64,000 nt of DNA, taken from assembly GCA_964462525.1 (NCBI GenBank), contig CAYWWY010000001.1, positions 183,074 to 247,073 of the forward strand, written 5' to 3'. Position numbers and translations under genes: made by a program. This DNA comes from an uncultured Thermotogaceae bacterium. GTDB taxonomy: Bacteria; Thermotogota; Thermotogae; MWEM01. This document shows positions 28,350-37,792 of this stretch, one piece after another (positions within the stretch are counted from its first letter, which is position 1; each line of letters opens with the position of its first letter). The notes beneath the pieces were generated by a model. It was not told the origin of the DNA. It worked only from the letters and a program-made list of their open reading frames with translations, and did not search any database.

Positions 28350-29324
28350 TCAATTCATCCGTTCAATGGCAATATGATCCATAGTTTGGTTGATTTCTTC
28401 CACTGGAGGCATCTCTTTTTTGATCCTGTGAGTCTTTGCAAGCGCTGAAGCCATTCCAAAATGAGCCATTTTGAGATAGTCCAAAGCTTCCGTTTGCTTT
28501 CTTTTTAAATAGTAATAGATCATACCTGCCATAAAAGCATCCCCAGTCCCCAATAAATGCGAGAAGTCAACTTCCTCGTCTCGAATCGAAAAAACCCAAT
28601 TTCCTTCCCTGGTTACAATAACATCTTGAAGGGTTTTATAGGAAATAACAACCAACTGAGCGCCTCTTCGAATGAGTTCTTTTCCTGCGTCAAAATAGTC
28701 GTCCAAACACTCCACATGCTGACCGAGGATTTTTTGATCACTACGCATGTCCGGACGTACTACCATGGGGCATGCTTGCATACTTGATTGCGTAAGTAGT
28801 TTTCCCCGGGCTTCCATGAATACGGAGTTATTCCTCTCTTGAGCAATTTGTGAGAGGGTGCCATAAATATTGAGAGGAATGCCCAAAGGCACTGAACCAG
28901 AAATCAAGATAAGGTTGGAATGGGAACAGAACGAATGATACCTTTTGAGAAAATGCTGAAGATCATCTTCAGAAACTTGAGGGCCAGGAGCATTTATCTC
29001 AGTGATCGTATGTTTTTCCTCATCAAAAATGGATATGTTTTCCCGACTTTCTTCTTCCATATGAACAAAGTTGACTGTAATGGATCGATATCTCTTCCGC
29101 AGTTCTTCCGAGATAACCCGGCCGATATACCCTCCGATAAATCCCATCGCAGTAGAAGGAATCCCCAAACTCGCAAGCATCATCGAAACATTGATTCCTT
29201 TCCCACCAGGATCCATATTGATCTTATCTCGATCATAAATCCGGTGCAAGCTGTTCGCACAGAAATTTTGTATGATGAACTCTCGATCCAGCGCAGGATT
29301 AAGGGTTACTGTGCCAACAATCAT
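28350..29324 (-). CDS. PfkB-family carbohydrate kinase (1-phosphofructokinase/tagatose-6-phosphate kinase-like).
   Basis: GGKGINVS near the N-terminus and the GTGDAF(MAG) anion-hole motif near the C-terminus. Confidence 0.8.
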   Translation of the reverse strand: MIVGTVTLNPALDREFIIQNFCANSLHRIYDRDKINMDPGGKGINVSMMLASLGIPSTAMGFIGGYIGRVISEELRKRYRSITVNFVHMEEESRENISIFDEEKHTITEINAPGPQVSEDDLQHFLKRYHSFCSHSNLILISGSVPLGIPLNIYGTLSQIAQERNNSVFMEARGKLLTQSSMQACPMVVRPDMRSDQKILGQHVECLDDYFDAGKELIRRGAQLVVISYKTLQDVIVTREGNWVFSIRDEEVDFSHLLGTGDAFMAGMIYYYLKRKQTEALDYLKMAHFGMASALAKTHRIKKEMPPVEEINQTMDHIAIERMN

Positions 29325-29337
29325 TTTTTCTCCCTCC

Positions 29338-31740
29338 TTATTTCTGCAAATCGATCTCTACTTCATCCCCTTCGCATAAAGGATCCAAGAATGCCGCGTT
29401 CTTCCCATTTAGACGGAGAGAATACCCTCGTAGGTTGCTCACATCAAGCCTCATTAATGGGAAAATATCCACAATCTTTGCAGTACCTTCGATCGATTCG
29501 ATAAACACATTCGATCCTTCGTACAGGGTGCTGTCCAATGTTCCTGGGGTATCATCGATCGTGATTTGGTAGGAGGTGACAGGGATTTTCGTTTCCTTTC
29601 CGTTCACCATGCACGTACAATATCTGATTCCGAAGTCTTTAAGGAGCATCCGAACGGTAGGCATCTTCTCCCGGGTTTTTGTGGTTATTACGGACCCCTC
29701 TACAAGGGGGGAGTTTGGATTAAGGGGGATCGCATCTTGGGAAGGGAGAATTTGGTGGCATTCTGTTTCTTTCCACAACACCGCTTTTGGCATGCCATTC
29801 ATCAGTAAACTGACATACTCTTTATGCTGTAGGTTCAAGTGATCGAGAACATCTTGTAGGTTCACTTGACGTGAAAACTGGATTTTGTCTTTGTCTTGTA
29901 CCTCGACATCTCCGTGTACTTCATTATCGTTTAAAAAGACCCGCGGCCAGATTTCATATACTGATCCGTTGACTAAAACCGGAATTTTATCAATAAACGA
30001 AGACAAGAATACGGTTGGGGTATGACCTTCTTCTCCCGGCTCAAATTGAATGATATCGCCATGTGATAGCCTTGTCCGAGTATTCGCTTCCTCTCCGTTT
30101 ACTTGAATCTTGCCCGCTCGGCCTATTGTTCCTCGAACAAATTGCAGCGAACCGTTGACTTCAAAGGCAATGGCCGGGCCTGGTTTTCCGATAATATCTT
30201 CCACACGATATCCCATTTGAAGAAGGGCTTGCATGACTGTATTCTTCCCGTCAATCGCCATTAAGTCAGTTGGGACACCATTAACGGTTACTCGAACAAA
30301 GACACTCCCTGTATGCGTCCCAACGCAATTCGCAATTCCAACAGGAGTGATGTATTCGCTTCCTTGCAAAAGATGGTTCGGGTCTATAACTGTAGGCAGA
30401 TTTTCGACCATCTTCAATGCTACGCGGCTTTGGGGAAGACCCAACTTTTCGGCAATCAGTTCAGAAAAACCTTTGACTTTCGCTCCTCCACCTACAATCA
30501 AAACGGCGGATGGTGGCTTTCCATTAAGGTTCAAAATTTCTGATGTAATTTTTGATGTGATTTCTTCCAATACCGGCATAACCATCTTTGTCCATTCTTC
30601 TTGATTGATTGTGACAGAACTATCTAAGATATCGGAAACTACGATCTCCGAAACCAAAGGATCTTTGCTCATTTCCCTTTTTACCTGTTCTGCTGTTTGA
30701 AAATCGAGTAAGTATTGCTCACATAAACGCTCTGAAATCTCGTCACCCGCCAACGGAACCATCCCGTAAGCAATAATCGTCCCGTCTCTTGAAATCGCAA
30801 TGTCGCTCGTTCCTGCACCGACGTCAACTAAAGCGATGTTCAGTTTTCTTAGGTCTGTGGGAACCACCAAACTCATTGCTGCAATCGGTTCTAGCGTGAT
30901 ATGCCTCGGTGTAAGGGTCGTTTTTTCTAAAACATTCATCATCGCATTGACAATGTACGCTGGAAGAAACGCGGCGATCACCTTAACGGACGCTTCTTTT
31001 CCCCTTTGACCTTCGAGATTCCTTATCCACTCTCCATCAAGAGAATAGTAAAGAACGGAATATCCCACACAGTACATCTCGTGGTTTTGAACATCAAGTT
31101 TATCTATGGACTCACTAATCGCGTTCATTTCCAACATCCGAACAGAGTCGGAAGAGATCGCATGATCACTTGATACATCCAAACGGGCTTCTCCGAGAGA
31201 AGTTTTCAAAAACCGTCCAGCCATTGCAACGGAAACCGAATGAAGCGGAAACTTGCTTTGCGATTGGAGGTGATCGGTCACCACGCGTACGATTCGGCTT
31301 ACCTTCTGAACATCATGAATCGCGCCATCAAGCATGGCTCTTTCCTCATGTTCCATCACAGCCACAGAAAGAATTTCTATGGATTCTTCCCGTTTGGCAA
31401 CAATCAACCCTTTTACACAACGTGTGCCAATATCGAGAGAATAGATGATATTTTCTGTACTGTTTTCCTTTTCGATCAAAACCACTCCTCGCTCAGAAAG
31501 AGTTATCCTCTTCACTGCATGTATTATATCACGATTTTCGTTCTCAAAAAACGGCCCTAAAGGAATTGTTTTCCCCCAATCACCCGTTTTGATTTCTTCT
31601 CTGATCGGGGCATATCGGAACCATGCGAAATCTACGGAAGGCATGCGAATTCGAAGCGCCGCATACATGGAGAACTGATCTAGAATTCGTGGTATAATCT
31701 GGTCAAAACAGGGAAGGACCGGTACAATTGAACGAAACAA
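29338..31740 (-). CDS. FtsA/actin-fold (ASKHA) ATPase domain fused to a ~330-aa C-terminal region made of 4-5 tandem ThiS/MoaD-like (beta-grasp) motifs. The exact start is uncertain.
   Basis: ATPase motifs IYSLDIGTRCVKGLIV...VAMAG... and NIALVDVGAGTSDIAI...VLIVGGGAKVKG are FtsA-like. C-terminal segments repeat a pattern such as VNGVPTDL..., EVNGSLQF..., IQVNGEEANTRTRLSHGDIIQF, VLVNGSVYEI...GDVEV, MVNGKETKI, and LRLNGKNAAFLDPLCEGDEVEI. The ORF-track start at 31740 is a TTG; internal ATGs at 31668 and 31644 are alternatives. Confidence 0.55.
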   Translation of the reverse strand: MFRSIVPVLPCFDQIIPRILDQFSMYAALRIRMPSVDFAWFRYAPIREEIKTGDWGKTIPLGPFFENENRDIIHAVKRITLSERGVVLIEKENSTENIIYSLDIGTRCVKGLIVAKREESIEILSVAVMEHEERAMLDGAIHDVQKVSRIVRVVTDHLQSQSKFPLHSVSVAMAGRFLKTSLGEARLDVSSDHAISSDSVRMLEMNAISESIDKLDVQNHEMYCVGYSVLYYSLDGEWIRNLEGQRGKEASVKVIAAFLPAYIVNAMMNVLEKTTLTPRHITLEPIAAMSLVVPTDLRKLNIALVDVGAGTSDIAISRDGTIIAYGMVPLAGDEISERLCEQYLLDFQTAEQVKREMSKDPLVSEIVVSDILDSSVTINQEEWTKMVMPVLEEITSKITSEILNLNGKPPSAVLIVGGGAKVKGFSELIAEKLGLPQSRVALKMVENLPTVIDPNHLLQGSEYITPVGIANCVGTHTGSVFVRVTVNGVPTDLMAIDGKNTVMQALLQMGYRVEDIIGKPGPAIAFEVNGSLQFVRGTIGRAGKIQVNGEEANTRTRLSHGDIIQFEPGEEGHTPTVFLSSFIDKIPVLVNGSVYEIWPRVFLNDNEVHGDVEVQDKDKIQFSRQVNLQDVLDHLNLQHKEYVSLLMNGMPKAVLWKETECHQILPSQDAIPLNPNSPLVEGSVITTKTREKMPTVRMLLKDFGIRYCTCMVNGKETKIPVTSYQITIDDTPGTLDSTLYEGSNVFIESIEGTAKIVDIFPLMRLDVSNLRGYSLRLNGKNAAFLDPLCEGDEVEIDLQK
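31690..31698 (+). promoter_or_regulatory. Extended -10 (TGGTATAAT) for the PP-loop ATPase gene.
   Basis: cgTGGTATAATct lies 30 nt upstream of the TTG start. GGGAAGGA is positioned as the RBS 8 nt before the TTG. Confidence 0.5.
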
Positions 31741-32720
31741 TCCATTCCATTATTACAGAAATCCGATCTATTGATGCTCCCAGACCCGTATATATTGCTT
31801 TCTCAGGGGGAATGGATTCGACAGTCGCCGCGAGTATTGCCGTCGAAGCCCTGGGAAAATCCCAAGTTATCCTGGTGCATGTTTCATTTGGCGAGTATGC
31901 CTATAGCCAGACGCAGAGCAACGTTTTGTTTGTTGCAAAGCGTCTTGGATGCGAGCTGGTATGGGTGAAGGGAAAATCGAAACAGGAGCAAGTATTGAGA
32001 TATGGGCCTTCATGCAATCTCTGCACAAAACGGGTGAAACTGGCCGGAGTACGTTCGGTAAAACCTTTTGAAGCTATTTTGATTTCTGGCGCAAATCAGA
32101 GTGATAGCTGGGGTACATATGGAAAAAAAAGGATGTTGGACACATATTCCCCTTTATTCGAGCTCGATAAACCCATGATTAAGCAGATGCTTGATCATTA
32201 TGGGATTCCACTCGATCGAGTTCGCGCCGGTGAGTCAGAACACCGTGAGGGATGCACACTCAAACACTTGATGAAGATGCTCGCAGCGCCTGCGTATCAT
32301 GGCTCAGCCGTATCGGAATCCAATGAAACCCTTCTTGGGATATTGCGCGAGAAAAAATTCCAGGCTTCCCTTGCAAACGTGAAAGTAATTGGTCCATTAA
32401 GCAGAAATATTGCTTTGGTGAATGTCCTTCCAACCCCAGATTCGTTAGTACGAGAGGAAATCTGCGAAAAAATCATGTCTATCAATACCATTGATGAAGC
32501 ACATTGGTTGGATACACCCATCCATCTTGAAGTGATCGCCAACCCCAGTGTTGTTCGGACCAAAGAAGCAAGATATTGGTTAGAAAAAGGGAAATTCGCT
32601 CCGGAATTTGCAGTCCCTGTTCGTTGCAGTTGGCGAGAATCAAAAAACACAAAACTCAGGACCTATCAAGTTGTCGGTTTTAAAAAGCAGTATTCAGAAG
32701 GGAATGAGATCATCATGTGA
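31728..32720 (+). CDS. PP-loop (adenine-nucleotide alpha-hydrolase) family ATP pyrophosphatase, of the LarE/TtuA/TIGR00268 type.
   Basis: SGGxDS PP-loop at VYIAFSGGMDSTVAAS, with a downstream CNLC cysteine pair. TTG start with a good RBS. 330 aa. Confidence 0.65.
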   Translation: MNETIHSIITEIRSIDAPRPVYIAFSGGMDSTVAASIAVEALGKSQVILVHVSFGEYAYSQTQSNVLFVAKRLGCELVWVKGKSKQEQVLRYGPSCNLCTKRVKLAGVRSVKPFEAILISGANQSDSWGTYGKKRMLDTYSPLFELDKPMIKQMLDHYGIPLDRVRAGESEHREGCTLKHLMKMLAAPAYHGSAVSESNETLLGILREKKFQASLANVKVIGPLSRNIALVNVLPTPDSLVREEICEKIMSINTIDEAHWLDTPIHLEVIANPSVVRTKEARYWLEKGKFAPEFAVPVRCSWRESKNTKLRTYQVVGFKKQYSEGNEIIM

Positions 32721-32734
32721 GAGGAGGGGGTAAG

Positions 32735-33253
32735 ATGATCCTTAGGTATTTGGATGCTTATCCGAAAATCCATCCATCCGTTTTTATTGCGCCCAATGCG
32801 ACAATCATCGGAGATGTGACACTGGAAGAAGGGGTAAGTGTTTGGTACGGCGCAGTACTAAGGGGTGACATGGCTCCTATCTATATTGGGAAATCCAGCA
32901 ACATCCAAGACAACGCAACGATTCATACTTCTGAGAACCATCCCGTTTGGATTGGAAAGGAAGTAACTGTCGGACACAACGCAGTTATCCATGGATGCAA
33001 GATTGATGACCATTCTTTGATTGGGATTGGCGCAGTCATTCTCGATGGAGCAATCATCCAAAAAGGAACTGTTATCGCTGCGTCTTCCCTTGTAAAGGAA
33101 AGAGAATCATTTGACGAAGATAGTCTTGTTGCCGGAGTTCCTGCTGTACAGAAAAAAAGGCTAGATCCAAAGTTTCGAGAATCTCGTACACTCCACGCGA
33201 ATGTGTACGTTGAAATGGGCAATCAGCATAAGGAGTTAGTTCGTGAACATTGA
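32735..33253 (+). CDS. Left-handed beta-helix (hexapeptide) protein of the gamma-carbonic-anhydrase/YrdA/PaaY family.
   Basis: MILRYLDAYPKIHPSVFIAPNATIIGDVTLEEGVSVWYGAVLRGD... shows hexapeptide repeats. The ATG is preceded by GAGGAGGGGG. Confidence 0.75.
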   Translation: MILRYLDAYPKIHPSVFIAPNATIIGDVTLEEGVSVWYGAVLRGDMAPIYIGKSSNIQDNATIHTSENHPVWIGKEVTVGHNAVIHGCKIDDHSLIGIGAVILDGAIIQKGTVIAASSLVKERESFDEDSLVAGVPAVQKKRLDPKFRESRTLHANVYVEMGNQHKELVREH

Positions 33254-34022
33254 CCGTTTGAGACCCGATACCAAAATCGGCTCGCCTATATCAGCTCCCA
33301 TTTTCAGAAAAGCGGGGGAGAAAGCGGTATTGCTGATCCATGGATATACGGGATCTCCTCACGATATGTGTTTTCTTGCCGATTACCTGAATACGAAAGG
33401 AATGACTGTGCATGTGCCCCGATTACCCGGGCACGGTACCAATTCCACCGACTTTGACCAATCAAACTGGAATCAATGGTTGCGCGCATCAATCGATTCC
33501 TATATCCACCTTTTAACAGATTATCAAAATCCAATGATTTGTGGACTGTCAATGGGAGGGTTATTGGCCGTCATTCTTGCTTCCATATTCCAACCGCCAA
33601 AAATCGTTTTGGCTGCTCCCGCGTTTGGAGTGAAAAGCAAAATCCTTGGATTAACCCCAATTCTTAAATGGATCGTTCCAAATCGCAAAAGGGATGAAGG
33701 GCGTATTCCCATTTTCCCAGACAATCCTGACTTGGAACACCTGTCCAAAGAATATTGGAGCACAGATAATCTGAAAAAACTATCGGATCTCGAGCGGATA
33801 CGGAGAATAGCAATTCGCAGATTGCCAAAGGTTCGATCGGAAACACTAACGATTCTCTCAAAAAAGGACCGAACAGTTTCATTAAAGACCTCTGATATAA
33901 TCGAACATAAGATTGGCGCATCCCGAAAACAAACGATCATCCTTGAAAATAGCGCGCACGTTGTTGTAAATGATTGTGAAAGAGAAGAAGTGGCCTGTAC
34001 AATCGCTCATTGGTTCTCATAA
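33243..34022 (+). CDS. Alpha/beta-hydrolase carboxylesterase.
   Basis: LLIHGYTGSPHDM...GLSMGG nucleophile elbow. GTG start with AAGGAG 9 nt upstream. Confidence 0.7.
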   Translation: MNIDRLRPDTKIGSPISAPIFRKAGEKAVLLIHGYTGSPHDMCFLADYLNTKGMTVHVPRLPGHGTNSTDFDQSNWNQWLRASIDSYIHLLTDYQNPMICGLSMGGLLAVILASIFQPPKIVLAAPAFGVKSKILGLTPILKWIVPNRKRDEGRIPIFPDNPDLEHLSKEYWSTDNLKKLSDLERIRRIAIRRLPKVRSETLTILSKKDRTVSLKTSDIIEHKIGASRKQTIILENSAHVVVNDCEREEVACTIAHWFS

Positions 34023-34079
34023 TCCAAATCGGTACGCCATAGGAAATTCAGACACTCCCATTCCATGGGTTCCATGGCA

Positions 34080-34088
34080 TGGTATAAT
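34080..34088 (+). promoter_or_regulatory. Extended -10 (TGGTATAAT) upstream of the DHH phosphoesterase gene.
   Basis: catTGGTATAATag lies 43 nt before the ATG at 34131. Confidence 0.45.
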
Positions 34089-34130
34089 AGAATTCGAAGG
34101 GGTTCAAACGCGACGAAAAGGGGAGCAAAG

Positions 34131-35069
34131 ATGGAACCGAACCAATTTCGCCTTGTAACTCGAAGTGATTTTGATGGGTTGGTTTGCGGAGTTTTACTGA
34201 AAGAACTGGATATGATCGAAGATATTCTGTTTGTGCATCCCAAAGACATGCAAGACGGAAAAATAGCCATTACTTCGCGAGACATTACGACCAATCTTCC
34301 CTACGTTAAAGGGGTTTATCTTGCTTTTGACCATCATTATAGCGAAACACTTCGTGTTTCGGAGCAAAAAAACCACATCATCGATCCTCAAGCGCCTTCT
34401 GCCGCCAGGGTTGTGTACAGCTATTTTGGTGGAAGAGATCGCTTTCCGGGAGTGTCGAATGAAATGATGGAAGCGGTTGACAAATCGGATTCTGCTCAGT
34501 TTTCGTTGGATGAAATCCTTCAGCCCAAAGGTTGGGTATTACTCAATTTTTTAATGGACGCTCGAACAGGTCTAGGACGATTCCGGAATTTCCGGATATC
34601 CAATTATTCATTGATGATGAAACTCATTGATTCCTGCAAAAAAATGACCATCGGAGAAATCCTTGAAGACCCAGATGTACAAGAACGATCTACCTTGTAC
34701 TTTTCGCAACAATCCAATTTCAAGAACCAAATCCTTCATTGCTCCAAAGAATTAGGTATGGGAAGCCTTATCGTACTTGACCTTCGGAGAGAAGAAACGA
34801 TTTATGTCGGGAACCGTTTTATGATTTACGCCCTTTTTCCAAATTCGAAAATATCCATCCACGTTATTTGGGGATTAAAAAAACAGAACACTGTCTTTGC
34901 CGTAGGAAAATCCATACTTGATCGTTCATCGACTGTAAACATCGGAGAACTTATGCTTCATTACCAAGGAGGAGGACACTCCAATGCCGGCACTTGTCAA
35001 GTCCCAAATGAAGATGCGGATGAACGATTAAAAGAGATCGTAGGCAAAATCCTTTCCTATGAAACATAA
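34131..35069 (+). CDS. DHH/DHHA1 phosphoesterase (NrnA-like oligoribonuclease/pAp phosphatase).
   Basis: DxD motif (TRSDFDG), DHH motif (LAFDHHYSE) and DHHA1 GGGH (QGGGHSNAG). ATG 34131 follows AAAGGGGAG. Confidence 0.7.
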   Translation: MEPNQFRLVTRSDFDGLVCGVLLKELDMIEDILFVHPKDMQDGKIAITSRDITTNLPYVKGVYLAFDHHYSETLRVSEQKNHIIDPQAPSAARVVYSYFGGRDRFPGVSNEMMEAVDKSDSAQFSLDEILQPKGWVLLNFLMDARTGLGRFRNFRISNYSLMMKLIDSCKKMTIGEILEDPDVQERSTLYFSQQSNFKNQILHCSKELGMGSLIVLDLRREETIYVGNRFMIYALFPNSKISIHVIWGLKKQNTVFAVGKSILDRSSTVNIGELMLHYQGGGHSNAGTCQVPNEDADERLKEIVGKILSYET

Positions 35070-35604
35070 CGAGTTGTTTCCACAATTTCTGATAGAAGGA
35101 ACAGTCCGGACGATCCAGGAAATCTCAGACCCACAAATACCAAGCATGAACTGCCAAATATCAGGTGATACAATCCAAATCATTTGTCATCCCAGATTCC
35201 CACGACATCACTATTATCGGAATGCTGTCAAAGAAATCCGAAAGGTTTTGATCCGGAGCGCGAAAGCTACTATTTTGGATCGTGTTCATAAGGCTTCAAT
35301 CAAAGTTCAAAAACATCCCCAGAACGTCTTTATCAAGTTTTATAAATCTCGTTGGGGAAGCTGTACCAATAATGGGGTCCTTCAGATGAATTGGTCTTTG
35401 ATTATGGCACCCGTGTTTATTATTGATTATGTAGCAATCCACGAATTGTGCCACTTAACGCATATGAATCATTCTCCCCATTTTTGGCAGGAAGTGAAAC
35501 AACATGCGCCCGATTATCCCGAATCAAGAAGGTGGCTCAAACAGAACGCATCTATGATCTTGAGCTTAGCGAATTGGCTGAATGATGAATCTCGATCAGC
35601 CTAA
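35059..35604 (+). CDS. YgjP/DUF45-family metal-dependent hydrolase (WLM/SprT-like zincin).
   Basis: Signature HELCHLTHMNHSPHFWQEV. Confidence 0.7.
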   Translation: MKHNELFPQFLIEGTVRTIQEISDPQIPSMNCQISGDTIQIICHPRFPRHHYYRNAVKEIRKVLIRSAKATILDRVHKASIKVQKHPQNVFIKFYKSRWGSCTNNGVLQMNWSLIMAPVFIIDYVAIHELCHLTHMNHSPHFWQEVKQHAPDYPESRRWLKQNASMILSLANWLNDESRSA

Positions 35605-36283
35605 TGGGGGAAAGCCATTGGATAACGCAACTTTGTTCCTTGTAGTGTTTGCTACCTTTGGGCTCTTAATCGCCATGGGTTTTTTATTCATTCGCGGAAG
35701 CAAGAAGAAAACGGAAAAGCTTTCAACCGACGTCAATGAATTTGAGACAAGAGTTCTCGATTTGATCGGACGATTCCAACATATATCAGCGAATCGATTA
35801 CAAGCTTTAGAAAATCGGATTGCCGATTTCCAGAAAGTTTTGAAGGAATCCAATGAAATATACTTGTCTCTTTCATCGCTGGTTTCAGAGAGCAACAAAC
35901 ACATAACCGAATTCGAAAAAAAGATGGGAATGATACGCGAATTCTCACAGGACAGCAATGGGAAAGCGGCCCCCCTGAATCATGACGAGGGAAATCATGC
36001 TGAAGACATTAAACAGAATACCCGTGATAAAACCACGAGAAAAAAATCGAGTGTCGAAGAAGAGAAAAAGGAATTTGTCCTTGAACAGTCAAAGAAAGGA
36101 GATTCTGGAGAGAGAGAATCGTCTTCTTTTCCCTCCTTTGATATATCCGAAAGCTCGCTCGAACACCGTATTTTGAATCTTGCTTCTGAAGGCAGCGAAC
36201 CCGAAGAAATCGCGAAACAATTAAAAATCGGAAAAGGAGAGGTTCTTTTGGTACTCGAGCTTTTTCGTCGAAAGACCGACTGA
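35582..36283 (+). CDS. Membrane-anchored coiled-coil protein with an acidic linker and a C-terminal HTH-like motif.
   Basis: One TM (LFLVVFATFGLLIAMGFLFI), heptad-rich coiled coil, a K/E-rich low-complexity stretch, and a C-terminal EIAKQLKIGKGEVLLVLELF. Confidence 0.4.
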   Translation: MMNLDQPNGGKPLDNATLFLVVFATFGLLIAMGFLFIRGSKKKTEKLSTDVNEFETRVLDLIGRFQHISANRLQALENRIADFQKVLKESNEIYLSLSSLVSESNKHITEFEKKMGMIREFSQDSNGKAAPLNHDEGNHAEDIKQNTRDKTTRKKSSVEEEKKEFVLEQSKKGDSGERESSSFPSFDISESSLEHRILNLASEGSEPEEIAKQLKIGKGEVLLVLELFRRKTD

Positions 36284-36289
36284 TTATTT

Positions 36290-36775
36290 ATGCGTAGCAT
36301 ATTACTGGAACGGTCCATGGATTTTTTCGACATTTTAAAAAAAGATCGGAAGGAATGGATGCATTTCTGGGAAGACTATAAAAGAAGGCTTCCGGGGATT
36401 ATGATTCCATACTGTGCATTTTATCATTTAGACGAGCCAAGAGTGCGTCTCTCCTTGGACCAGTTTTCCCGTCCTTTTTTGGACAGGATTTATCAAAAGA
36501 ATGAGACCATTCGATTTTGGAAAGCCAAAGCTGCGAAAGCCCTGTCGCACAGACAGGAAGAACTGAGATTGGTCCAAGAAGACTTCACGATCTACATGAT
36601 TGGCGCATTAGGCTTGGAGGATAGCGCCTATTTCCCCAATACGGGCAAATATATCGGGATTATTGATATTGTGTCGGTAATTGCCAATGAACGCATCGAA
36701 GAGCTTCCAAGCATCGCAATCGGTATTGCGAAGGGAATTAGGTCATCGATTGATCGGGAAGAAAAGGCAACTTAG
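36290..36775 (+). CDS. Hypothetical protein.
   Basis: 161-aa ORF packed tightly between neighbours, with no recognisable motifs. Confidence 0.35.
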   Translation: MRSILLERSMDFFDILKKDRKEWMHFWEDYKRRLPGIMIPYCAFYHLDEPRVRLSLDQFSRPFLDRIYQKNETIRFWKAKAAKALSHRQEELRLVQEDFTIYMIGALGLEDSAYFPNTGKYIGIIDIVSVIANERIEELPSIAIGIAKGIRSSIDREEKAT

Positions 36776-36791
36776 TCAAGGGGGAGAGCCA

Positions 36792-37757
36792 ATGGGAATT
36801 CAAAAATTGGGAATATTGACAAGCGGTGGAGATTCGCCAGGGATGAATGCGGCAGTTCGCGCGGTTGTCCGCTACGGAATCAAATCAGGTATGGAAATGA
36901 TTGGGATCCAGAAGGGGTATGCAGGTATCTTGGATGAGGAATTTATTGAGCTTCAGTATAAGGATGTGGCAGGTTTTTTGGAAAAGGGAGGAACAGCATT
37001 TCAAACCGCTCGCTGCCCAGAATTTAAAGTGGCTTCTGTTCGAGAAGAAGCAGCAGAGAAGCTGAGAAAGCGAGGGGTTCAAGCATTGGTTGTCATTGGT
37101 GGTGATGGTAGCTTAAACGGCGCGGCTTTGCTAAATGATGATCACGGAATCCCTACAGTAGGAATTCCAGGCAGTATCGATAATGACATCTATGGAACAG
37201 ATATGTCCATCGGAGTTGATACATGTTTAAATACAGTGATGGAGAACATCCAAAAACTCAAAGATACCGCTGCCTCCCATGAACGGGCTTTTATCGTGGA
37301 AGTCATGGGTCGAGAAAATGGCTACATCGCAATGATGGCGAGTATTATTACTGGGTCTGAAGCCGCGATCATTCCTGAAGTACCTGTCGATTACGACAAA
37401 CTTGCTGAACGACTTTTAGAAGAACGAAAAAGGGGGAAAATCAACTCCATCATCGTTGTGGCAGAAGGAGCAGCAAGCGCGTATACGGTTTCTCGCCATC
37501 TGGAACACAAAATTGGCTACGAGACGCGAATAACCATTTTGGGGCATATTCAAAGAGGGGGAAGCCCTTCTGCGTTTGACCGGATTCTAGCCACAAGAAT
37601 GGGATTGCATGCCGTGAAAGCGGTTATGGAGGGTGAGTTTGGCGTGATGATTGGGCTTCAATCGAATTCTATGGTGCGTGTTCCTTATAAGACGGTGCTA
37701 GAGCAAAAGAAAACGATCAATTTGGATCTCTACGAAATTTCATATCTGCTTTCCTAG
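36792..37757 (+). CDS. pfkA: ATP-dependent 6-phosphofructokinase.
   Basis: [26 protein letters not shown]...GGDGS.... ATG 36792 follows AGGGGGAGAG; the ORF-track start lies further upstream. Confidence 0.9.
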   Translation: MGIQKLGILTSGGDSPGMNAAVRAVVRYGIKSGMEMIGIQKGYAGILDEEFIELQYKDVAGFLEKGGTAFQTARCPEFKVASVREEAAEKLRKRGVQALVVIGGDGSLNGAALLNDDHGIPTVGIPGSIDNDIYGTDMSIGVDTCLNTVMENIQKLKDTAASHERAFIVEVMGRENGYIAMMASIITGSEAAIIPEVPVDYDKLAERLLEERKRGKINSIIVVAEGAASAYTVSRHLEHKIGYETRITILGHIQRGGSPSAFDRILATRMGLHAVKAVMEGEFGVMIGLQSNSMVRVPYKTVLEQKKTINLDLYEISYLLS

Positions 37758-37792
37758 TCTCATAGATTTCGATACAGAAGGAGAGGCGAGTG

